Shown: positions 53,674 to 64,000 of the stretch, in pieces
How positions within the stretch are numbered: position 1 is the stretch's first letter
Layout: each line of letters starts with the position of its first letter
DNA from: Chrysomallon squamiferum
Lineage: Eukaryota > Animalia > Mollusca
Reading direction: 5' to 3'
DNA: 64,000 nt
Assembly (NCBI GenBank): GCA_012295275.1
Contig: CM022679.1
Location: forward strand, 24,738,001 to 24,802,000
Position numbers and translations under genes: made by a program
Notes under the pieces: model-generated
Seen by the model: the letters and a program-made list of their open reading frames with translations, nothing else
Database searches by the model: none
What the model was told of the DNA's origin: nothing

Positions 53674-53889
53674 CAAAATGGCGAAATGGTAATTACGGGT
53701 CCTTTGCGTATTTACTGGGGTTTATTCCGACCCATCCAGCTGAAGGAAAGTGATGATGTGAAGCCTTTACCCATTTCCAACTGGCGACACAGTCTGTACC
53801 CCACAGGCACCACGCCCAAAACCAGCATCTCTTCTTTTTCTACAACATCCAATGGTTTTAGTCCCAGCAGGCAGCCGTCTGAAAGTGGG
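53674..53889 (+). CDS. RASSF: RASSF coding exon 5
   Basis: QNGEMVITGPLRIYWGLFRPIQLKESDD matches the RASSF2/4/6 EGLLNISWGLRRPIRL motif. 72 codons, phase 0-0. Confidence 0.92.
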
Positions 53890-54469
53890 GTAGGTTGTTA
53901 AAAGAATATTTAACATTATGAACAGCAGCAGCAGCAGTAGTAGTAGTAGTGGTCAGTAGTAGTACTAGTACTAGAACTAGTAAAACAGTGATAATTTGTA
54001 TTGTCACTGAAATAGGTTTGTCCTAATGTTTGTTTTTAATATAGAAACAAACTAAGGATTTAGATTGTTTGAGGGAAGTTTTTCTTTGTTTTTTTTAACA
54101 ATATTTCTTAACTATTTAAAAAAAAAAAAAAGTCTTTGTTTTATCAATTGTTATCATTACCATAGTTGTAACAATTTTTATTGCAAGTTTAACAATTTTT
54201 TGTCACTTATTTTAACAGTTCGTGTTACTATATAAATGACCATTTTTATGATCTTTTAATAATTTCTCTTACTATTTTAACAATCCTCATTACTTTATGG
54301 ACAATTGTTTTTCTTTCTGGTTCAGCAATTCTTATTATTATTTTACTGTTTTAACAGTATTTACATTTATTATTTTGTTTTCAACCTATTTATTGTTTTT
54401 GGGTTTTTTTGTTACTCTTTTAAACAGTTTTGTTTGTTCTCTTTGTTATTATTTTAAACGCTTTTTCAG

Positions 54470-54649
54470 ACTTTAAAAGTGCCCTCGTCTCCGACATTCC
54501 GTGGTATGGATGACAGCGTCTTGTCTCCCTCTGTGGAAGGGGTTGTACGCAGGAAAAACATCAAAAAGTTTAACACAGTTGCATACAGAGGAGACAGACC
54601 GACAAAGTGGAAAAGAGCTTCCATTAATGGCCATATTTACAATTACGAT
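54470..54649 (+). CDS. RASSF: RASSF coding exon 6
   Basis: Ends KWKRASINGHIYNYD, matching RASSF2/4 RFSINGHFYN. 60 codons, donor GAT|GTAAGT. Confidence 0.93.
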
Positions 54650-55212
54650 GTAAGTCACTGCTAACTGTTCAGTCGGGTAAACAAGATAGAAAAAGATCAG
54701 TGGTGGTTTGGTAAGGAAAAAATGTAGTTGAAAATATCTCTCTTTAGGAGAAGCGGTGTTCTGGATATTTAATTTTCAGTTTCTTCTGTGCTTGTGATAA
54801 GCATTTCGAATCCAGTTGTGTTAAACAGCTGTAAAGGAATAGAAGGGTGCTGGGGATGAAGATGGAAATTTCAAGGGGAGAGGTTATCCAAAAATTAGAA
54901 ACCACTGATAAAGGTGCTGACAGTATATTGCATCTGGCAACAATGTCTGAAAAACATTATATAATGGTTTAATAGAAAATACATATTTCAGTCATTTATA
55001 TGTATATGTGTATATATATATATATATATAGATAGATAGATAGATATATTTTATTTTATTTTTAATTATTATTATTATTATTATTTTTTTATTTATTTTT
55101 TTATAAATGTTTATAAATGTTGTTATAATGATACAGGTTTGAAAAATGCTAATTAAAAACTGATCAAAATATATATATATGTTTTAAATTAAATTTTGTT
55201 AATTTTGTGTAG

Positions 55213-55314
55213 ACTAGTGTATTCACACCAGTTCTAGGCAGCAGCACCAGTGTAACAGTAAGCAGCACTATGCAGACCTCACAAGTTATCACAGCTTTAC
55301 TAGAAAAATTCAAG
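55213..55314 (+). CDS. RASSF: RASSF coding exon 7 (RA domain, first part)
   Basis: TSVFTPVLGSSTSVTVSSTMQTSQVITALLEKFK versus RASSF2 [34 protein letters not shown]. Not in the ORF track. Confidence 0.94.
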
Positions 55315-55630
55315 GTAGGTACTGTCATGTAATTATAAAAATTCAAGGTATATTGTCTTGAAATTATAAAAACTAGAAAGAAGTATAATCTGTTAAAAAT
55401 AAAATAAACAAAATTCAAATTATGTACAGTTGTAAAATTTTAAAAATTCAAGAAATATACTCTAGTAAAACTAAAGAATTTCAAATATACACTGTCATAA
55501 CTTGTAATAACAGTGTTTTCTAATCATAAAATCTGTAGTTATATACTGTCATAAATTTTTTTTTTTAAATTTACAAAATCCACTGTCTCAAAATTATAAC
55601 AATTCAAGTTTTATGCTATTTTGAAATTGA
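55304..55630. repeat. Degenerate ~32-bp minisatellite starting at the exon 7 donor
   Basis: Recurring aaaaattcaag....tactgtcat..aattat. Confidence 0.7.
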
Positions 55631-55854
55631 ACTTTGAGATATCTACCAAAAAACAAAAACAAATTAAAATATTAATAATGTATGAACATTATTAAAATAT
55701 TCAGAGCCTGTACTGAACTGTAATTACAAAAAATACATTTTTTTGTTTTTTAATTTTTAAAACAAAAACATTTTAATTTTTTTTTTTTCTTATTCAAATT
55801 TTTTTAAATAATTATTTTATTTTAATTATTTTTTTTTTTTAATTATTTCTACAG

Positions 55855-56079
55855 GTACAGAACCAGCCTGAGGAATATCACTTGTCGATAGTGTCAGAGA
55901 AAGGTGAGAGGATCCTGTCTGACACTGACTATCCTCTTGCTGAAAGGATACTAAACCTGGGTCCTGATGAGACAGAGTTCAAGATTTTTATCAAGGACAG
56001 AGAACTGGAGCCACAGAAAGACTCCCCAGCCACAGTGGCAATACCAGAAGTGGAGGAACAGGAAAACTTACCTGATGAG
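55855..56079 (+). CDS. RASSF: RASSF coding exon 8 (RA domain, second part)
   Basis: VQNQPEEYHLSIVSEKGERILSDTDYPLAERILNLGPDETEFKIFIKD matches the RASSF TDYPLxxRILxGP motif. Confidence 0.94.
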
Positions 56080-56282
56080 GTATAGAGACAGGATTTTTTT
56101 TTTTTTTTGAGAGAGAGAGTGAGTGAGTGAGTGTCTGTGTCTGTGTCTGTGTCAATCAGGAGTGTCAGAAATAAAAGAACAAAAATACAGCAAAAAAAAA
56201 CAACACCAAAACTAAAAAAAAAGTGTATGTATCTGAAGTATATAACTACTTTGAGTATGTTTGAGTGTTATTGTATGTATAT

Positions 56283-56329
<47 letters not shown>

Positions 56330-56523
56330 AATATCTATATAGATATATTTTTAAGCTGATGCTATTTATATACAAAATGAGCTGATAGTTAGATAGTTAA
56401 AATATTTAACTGAATATATTAACAAAGTAATGGTTACATATCATTAAGATATTACAAAAGACAGAGTGTGGTTTTTTTTTTGTGTGTTTGTGTGTGTGTA
56501 CATAATTATGTTTGTTATTGCAG

Positions 56524-56621
56524 GTAGAAATGTTACTTATTTTACCTGAAGCTGTTCTTAGGGGTTTTCTAAACAAGTTCAAAAAAGATGAAGAGAATGA
56601 AGTGCAGCTATTAAAAGCCAG
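56524..56621 (+). CDS. RASSF: RASSF coding exon 9 (SARAH domain)
   Basis: VEMLLILPEAVLRGFLNKFKKDEENEVQLLKAR matches the SARAH pattern (VLxxFxxKxxEEExxEV). Confidence 0.92.
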
Positions 56622-56796
56622 GTGCGTACAAACTGAAAATTAACAATAACAATAGCTAGTAGTTAAACAGTTGCTGGTAGTAGTTCCAGCTTAGTGTTTG
56701 ATGTAGTAATAGTGGCAGTGGTAGTAGTAGTAGTTAATGATTGTTTCTGTGCTTGTGATTGTGGTGGAGCTGGTGGTGATGGTTGCAGTGATAATA

Positions 56797-56841
<45 letters not shown>

Positions 56842-57366
56842 AAGGTGCTTAGTGAGGATGGCAGAGGTGGTTTGTAGTAATGGTGGCATTTGCAGTTACA
56901 GTAGTCTTAGTGATGATCAAAGTGGTGGTGGTGTAGTTCTAATAGTAGTATTTATGGAGCAGTACCAATATCATAGTAGCAATTGTACTGACAGTAGTAG
57001 TTTTTGGAGTAGTGATAATAGTAGTAGTTAATGGTAGTAGCAATGACAGTGGTGCTGTATGTTGTATATCTGTGACCTAATATCATTATATGAAATGATT
57101 TAAAGCTATAGTTTGTCATGTTTTCTTTTACTTGCAAATTTTACATGAATTTTATATCTTGTTTTCAAATCATCCAATTGTATTTTTCAATAAACATCTG
57201 AAGTAAATAAATAGCTTATCCTCAAAAGTTAGTAACAAAATAATTCTGATTAATTCTCAAGTGATTCCGAAACAAAATGGTAATGTTTCAGTTACAGCTG
57301 CATTGTCAAAAAGCTTTAATTGTAAAAAACATAAGAGTGTCAGCATTTCAATATGTATTTTACTAG

Positions 57367-57442
57367 GTATGAGACAATAAGGAAGAAAATGATGAAACGT
57401 TTGGAGGAACTGAAGAGAACTTCGACGTCAACCAGCTGCTGA
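57367..57442 (+). CDS. RASSF: RASSF last coding exon (end of SARAH). Full LIM isoform is 523 aa
   Basis: YETIRKKMMKRLEELKRTSTSTSC*. The ten exons sum to 1572 nt (524 codons including the stop). Confidence 0.92.
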
Positions 57443-57540
57443 AGTCACAGATGTGGCCAAACAACATCACTGTGTATGTAGGTGCACCGTTTAACACCAA
57501 TACAGCCTAGCAGAAAAATCCATGGAAGAGGAGGGCTGAA

Positions 57541-57685
57541 TCTGTCAACAGTCCATGGCAGACTTTCTTAACTGTTGACAATTTCACAGCAGACTGTCTA
57601 CATCAGTTGACAGTCCATGACAGACTGACTCTATCTGTCAACAGTTCACAGCAGATTCTCAGAAACTGTTGAGAGTCTTTAGACT
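57541..57685. repeat. ~31-bp tandem repeat (about 5 copies) in the RASSF 3' UTR
   Basis: Alternating ctgtcaacag / ctgttgacag...cagact units. Confidence 0.85.
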
Positions 57686-59682
57686 TCTTTAATAAGTGAC
57701 AAGCAAAATTATCCAGGACTGTGAGTGTAAGAAAAACAGTTGGTTGACTTTGTAATATATTGCTTATTAATATGACATTCAGGTTGAAATACTGGTATAA
57801 ACCTTAGCAGTAGCGCATTTAATTTGAAAATATATTAATTGATATAAGATAGACAATCAAATATGATTATAAATTTCAGTAATAAATGATACACCTAAGT
57901 GTAAGACATACTTTTTAAAATGAGATTGAGGACAAAATACTGCTATAAACTTTAATAGTAATACATATTTAACTTCAAAACATGTGAAACACAAGATTGA
58001 CAGTGAAATGCCATTTTAAATTTAATACTAATGTTTTAAATCATTCCACTGTAAAAACGCTGTTTAATGTCAGATTGACCACAACATATGGTTTAGATTC
58101 TAATAAAATAAAACATACTAAGAAATTTCAAGGACTAACTGTACATTTCAACTTTCAGTCTTTGATGTCTGATTTTTTATAAAAACATTTTTAGACAATA
58201 AGTATCAATATTTATATTACTCTGTTTTGGTATTTTAAAATTCCTTGTAATGATTATAAAATGATTTGACATGGATTTTACTTGAATATATATAGAAAGA
58301 GACTAAATGTGAGGAGGCAATCTTCATTACAGCATTCTCTGATTAGCACATTAATTTTTCAATTGTTCACTACCTTAGTAGTAATCAGCTTAATTTATCT
58401 GAAAATGTGATAAGTGAGAGAGATTTGGAAATTGGTTGTGATTTTCTAATAAATTATTTACTGGTTAATTGATTCAAGATTTAAATCTAGTTTTTTTCAT
58501 ATTTCTAATTTCTAATTAAGACAAGATGGTTTGAGAATCATCAGTTCAGTCATTTACTTAGTAGAAACATAAAGTCTACTAGTTGCTTTATAAACCAACA
58601 GAATAGTGTTACTGATTAGCTAAGTCTGTTAATTTTCAGATTCTCATATATATATATATATAAAATAAAGAAAATAAATGGTAAATAAAATAGGATCAGT
58701 TTTGTATTAATCTCTTTAGACTGTTTTTTCATCATCATCAGTGAAGATTATCGAAAAAGAAATGAAATAAAACATTAAAATAGAAGTGTGTAAAGTGTAT
58801 TTAAATCCTTTCACCACTTGAATACTTTAAGATAGTTTTTCAGTAAGTAAACAGCAACTAATGTTATGGAATACTGACATTTAAAAAGATGTTTACTAAC
58901 AAAATAATAAAATCTAACAGTTCTACAATAAATGTTATTTTTCCAAAAATTATTCCCCTTTATCCAGTATGTCGTGTTTCTGTAATGAAGTTATTTGCTG
59001 TTACAAGTTAGAGGCTGGCTGTATGGTTGTATAAAAAATTAACCTCAGTTTAAAAAAACAATTTGTATATATAAATTTATATATCTATATTCAGAGGCAG
59101 TATGCAGCTAATAACTACTGATATACAAAGTAAAACTAACGGTGCATAACAATCAGGATTATGTGGAGTGATGGAATGTTATTTTCATAGATGATGAAAG
59201 GTTTGGCCTAAACAGAATGGTTTCTGTGAGAATTCATCATATCATATATAAAAGTATTTAAATCCTTGCAAAGCATCATCCTCAACAAACAGAAGGGTCT
59301 TTTAGACTAAACCTTTGATTATTACTTAATAAAATATTTGGGAGATGTATGAAAATTTGTTCATGTAGAAAAAAAAAAAATTTTTATTGTGTGAATGAGG
59401 TAACGGATAATTTAATATTTTGTGTTCTGAAATTACAACAAAAAAGAAAATATAATAATAATAATAATAACTGTGTTTGTAATTGTATGCAAATAATTTT
59501 AGTATTTATACTGAGATTCAATTTAAGAATATATTTACATAGATGTGTTTATTTTCATTCACTGGATGACATTACTTAAACTGCCAAATATGACCCATCA
59601 CAGAGAAAAACTCAGAAAACCCTTTTTAAGGTTACTACTGTGAAAAATACAAAAATGACAAAAAAGAAAAAAAAAAAAAATC

Positions 59683-59713
<31 letters not shown>

Positions 59714-59996
59714 AAATAAATAAATAAATAAATAATATTTTAATTGAAAATGGCTTACTATCATTTAAGAACTATTAATACATTTAATTTGTCCGTCTGC
59801 AGAAAGTTCAAGCCATAATAGAAGAAATCAAGAAAGTTACGTTTTTCCTGGTTTTCCTCTCATGGGTCACAAACAACTTGTCTCTATCATTTAGCTAATA
59901 TTCTTTTCACATTTATTACTGTCATTATAACATTTTGGTTGTCCTTCAAATTGTACTTAATTCTTGAAAAAAAAAAATAATAATAATAATAATAAT

Positions 59997-60035
<39 letters not shown>

Positions 60036-60375
60036 TCAGTTGAATGCTGTGTGAAAATTACATTTATTGGTGTACAGTTATTTTTTTTTTTTTTAGTAAG
60101 CCTGTGATACTTGTATTATTGTGGGAGGTAACTCTATCGCACTGAGCATTTGGTTGTGACCTTGTTTTGCCTTTGTGACATAATCTACCATTACTAATTA
60201 GGGGAGCAGTCTTTCTTCCAAAGCTAGTTTGTATTTTTGCACATGTTTGTATTTTCAGACAATTGTTATTTACTGTAAATTTTTAAAATTAAAATAAATA
60301 AATAATAGTAATAAAATTATATATGTACTGGATTACAGTATGTTGAATTTGAGGAAATGTGATTAAACACACACA

Positions 60376-60415
<40 letters not shown>

Positions 60416-61631
60416 AATTAAGAAACCCCAACATAGGCACTATTTTAATGTGATAATTTAAATTGTGAAGTAGTATTATTTTAAGACAGTTCATTATGGA
60501 TGTGTTTTTATTTTACTAGATAAGATTATTTCACTGATTGTTTAGGGTGATACAGATACTAATTTATTCTCAGATACATTATGAAAGAAAAAATAAATTA
60601 TTAAAGTTTATAAATTTTATAAAGAAAATGAAACTACCGAAATGATTTGTGATCATTTTATAAAAAAAAAAAAAATGAAAAGGTTATAAATTATTATTAT
60701 AGAAAAAACACAATTAAAAAAAAAAGGTATTCTGTGATGGTATTATTCCAGTATTATTTTAACAATGATTATATTTATTTTTAAAATATTAGCTATTTAA
60801 TATCCATTTTAAACACAAGATCGTTTTTTTTCTTCTTTTTTTTTTTAATAAAAAATAACCACATACTGCAGATTAGATTCTATTGTTATTACACATCAAA
60901 AATAAATGTTCTGAAATTGACTGAAAGAAACTTAAAATTTTAATATTAGTTTCATATCTTGCAATACAAAACACAAGCAAACCATATCAATTAAATTAAA
61001 ATACATATCAAAATCTAACATTTTTTTTTTTTTTTTTTTTTCTGTCATGTTAGGTCTATAACATCAAAAACACATGCAACCTTTTTGTTTGAAAACTGGC
61101 TATTACATAGTCTATCACTTTGTATTATTTCACCAAATACAAAAAAGATTATTTTAGAAAGTTGTAATATAATTTCCTCTGAGTGTATCTCTAAAAGAAA
61201 TAATTTTACCATTCATATTTTTAATTTTTTATTTTTTTTTTTTTTTTTGTTCCATGGATTATTTTTCTGTTTGAGAAAAATACAATATTATGAAAGAGTG
61301 TGTCATTTTGTGGTATATTTACATCCTGTTAGTTTGAAGATGTGAAATATAAAATTAAAAGAAAAAAAAAAAAAAAAAGATCTTCCTTTTTATATTGTAT
61401 TTGTGTATTTTGTCATGCAGGATTTGTACAATAGATAATAAATTTGAATTTAAAATAATTAAAATTTTGTCACTAAATTATTTTTTCAACATTCCATTAT
61501 TGTAATAAAATAAAAAAATAAAATTAACACTGAATGTTTAGAAAAATCAGTAGAGCATCAGTTAAAAAGGAGTGTATAAAGAAAGAAAGACAAATTTGAA
61601 TGCATACATTAATTTTTTCTTACAATGGTCA

Positions 61632-61678
<47 letters not shown>

Positions 61679-61916
61679 CCACTAATAAATTATATATCGA
61701 TTACTAATTATATAAATATAATTATATTTGTTTATTTTATGCAAGAAAATAAGTGTTTTGTTATGTTGTATATATTTTTTTGTATTCATTCTTGAACATT
61801 AATTATTATTAAATAATTCAAATAAAATTTCATAACTTAAATCCCAATACTTGTGAGATCCCAGTTTTTCTGATAATGAACTGTGTAAGAGTTGTCTTCC
61901 TTGCAAGCAGTTTAGT

Positions 61917-61949
<33 letters not shown>

Positions 61950-62674
61950 AAAAATGATTGCAACAACACCTAATATATTTTATAATTAATTTATTATGTG
62001 ATTTAACTTAAAATTCCACATTTTGTTTATTTAATTTTTGCATCATTCTTGTGCATTGAGATTTTTGTTTTTTGTTTTTCATGCATAATGTTGAAATTCA
62101 TTTATGTTACATCCTAATACAGTTGTACATAGAAATGGAAAGCTGTCAGTATTGTTTTTCAGTCTGTATTTGTGGTTTGAGATGGCAGAAAGAAAGAACA
62201 ATATATTAAAAAAAACAAATAAAAAACATCAGTATTGTTTGTTGTTTGTCTGAATGGTCTGCTCAGTTCTGCTGAACAGTGGAAGGAAAATTGAATAACT
62301 CTTCACATTGTCAAACAATTAAGATCAGACACTTTCTAGATACAGGTTTTGACTGATCTTAGAATTTTTTTATTTTGCTTTGTGAATGTAAGTGATACAT
62401 ATGCTACATCATTATCCAGCTTACAGAAAACTGACTTTAGAAGGGTATTACTTTGTAAATACATTTTTTTTTTTTTTTGTTGAGCCTTGTAACATTTTCT
62501 GCCCAGATTATTGAAATGGATATTAAAAAAAATAAATAAATAATTGCCAACAAATCATTTACAAGAATATCCACACTTAATTAATCATTAATAATTTTAA
62601 CATGCATCATTTTTTTCTACAAATGCAACGTGTTAGGATTTTTTTTTATTTTTTTTTTTTTTAATTACTTGAAA

Positions 62675-62930
62675 GTTGTAGACCACTGATCTAAGACGGG
62701 ATTAGTTGCTGGATCAGTTCTCATCATTGCTCCATTTGGGCTCTCACTACCTCAGCTGGTAACCTATGACTCATTTATTATTGTTTTTTTGTTGTTGTTT
62801 TTTTTTTTTTTTTTTGATAATGGGTTTTTTCTTGTTTCTTTCCTTTTGTTTTTTTTTTTTTTTTTTTTTCACTCTTCTAGTGGGAAGCTGTCTGCAAAGA
62901 TTAAAAACCATCTAGGTCACTGAATGTTAT
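62675..62930 (+). mobile_element. Decayed SINE-like repeat, 5' part, interrupted by poly-T
   Basis: GC-richer patch (...ggatcagttctcatcattgctccatttgggctctcactacctcagctgg) followed by gtgggaagctg...aaagattaaaaaccatc, similar to the core at 23170. Assignment to a gastropod SINE family is from recollection only. Confidence 0.35.
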
Positions 62931-62958
62931 TATAATTAAACAGATATTATTCACATAC

Positions 62959-63229
62959 CATTTTTAACTTTAGTCACCATTTTTTCAGATTTTAAATTAT
63001 TGTATACTTTCATAGTGAATCCAAGATGTCTGAACATTTTTTTAAAGAGCACTGGCATCTTTTCTGAACCCAGGCCTATTATCCATGTCAGCTTTTTTCT
63101 TAAACTTCTCATTGTTAATAATCACAGCCAAACCTCGATTTTTATTAGTGAAATTATAGCAGTCAGATTTATAATAATCCTCAACTGAAGGCAACTCAAA
63201 ACAGCTTTTTCTTTCTTTCTTTTGATTTC
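62959..63229 (-). pseudogene. Caspase C p20 exon with a +1 frameshift and stop; probable pseudogene fragment
   Basis: CYNFTNKNRGLAVIINNEKF...NRPGFRKDASAL, then CTT TAA. Removing one T gives KKMFRHLGFTMKVYNNLKSEKMVTKVKN G|GTATGT, the same intron position, phase and donor as caspases A and B. The exon is 271 nt instead of 270. Confidence 0.8.
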
Positions 63230-63308
63230 CTGTGGTCAAATAAAAAAAAAAAAAAAAAAAAAAAAATACTGAAAAATTATAATTATGACATTTATAAATT
63301 TTATTGAA

Positions 63309-63365
<57 letters not shown>

Positions 63366-64000
63366 TGAGATGAACACATATTTGATGATGCAGCCACAAT
63401 TTTCTCCAAAACAAACAAAGTGATAGGGTTGTGTGTGTAGTCCTGCATGACCCCTACATGAGTTTTGAAATAACAAAATGCATTGTAGGGTCCCTCTCCC
63501 TCTTAAATTTGTGTCAGCTACTTATCCCACTAATATCTGTTTTTACAGTAGATGGGGCTAGTTGCTGTAATGACAGGAAAGCAATGGAATGGAAAGGTAT
63601 TACAAATAATCTGTAATATTCTCTGATGCATATTATGTGTTACTTCCTAATAAAGCAAGTTGAAATATAAACAATTTCATAATATTGACTTCGTTAACCT
63701 TTCAACAGTATTGATTTCATAAGTTTACAAATTACTAGCTTATTATCAAGATGAGTAACTTAAAACTGTTAGCTAGCTTCTGCATAAAAATTAAGAAAAA
63801 ATATGTTTTATTAAACTTCATATTGTAAATCAGGTTTAAACAGATAAACAGAAAAGAAACCTACTACTACAACTCACAGCTATTCATTTTCCATTAGCAG
63901 CTTGAGATCTTTTCAAGCAAATACCTTTAACAAAATAATCATGGGGCAATAGTTGGATTGTTTTATGTGAAAATGTCTTATCCGGATGCTCTTTCTAGTA

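Overview
AT-rich, microsatellite-laden, intron-rich animal DNA, most consistent with an invertebrate (probably mollusc; inference only). Most ORFs in the supplied track are microsatellite artefacts, so genes were assembled by hand from splice sites and reading phase. (1) Caspase A (minus strand, exons 881-653 and 310-96) runs off the left edge. It has no prodomain and a GC donor exactly at the Q|ACRG intron. (2) Caspase B (plus strand, six coding exons 8700-12187, 316 aa) is complete and effector-type, with SHG and QACRG intact. It lies head-to-head with caspase A. (3) A LIM-RA-SARAH RASSF gene (plus strand, ten coding exons 20961-57442, 523 aa) has a CRIP-type LIM domain plus a RASSF2/4/6-type core. 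(4) Caspase C (minus strand, 63229-62959) is a single exon with a one-base frameshift at CTT-TAA and no visible downstream exons. The most interesting features are in RASSF intron 3. It holds three candidate alternative first exons, all in the phase needed to make LIM-less isoforms (one starts MGNS). It also holds a candidate three-exon antisense transcript with a 60-codon ORF, diverging from one of those starts. A sharp CpG-rich to CpG-poor switch near 42.5 kb falls just after the first internal promoter. Several degenerate tandem arrays and fragments of one SINE-like repeat are also present. No prokaryotic features, CRISPR arrays, rRNA or tRNA genes were seen.
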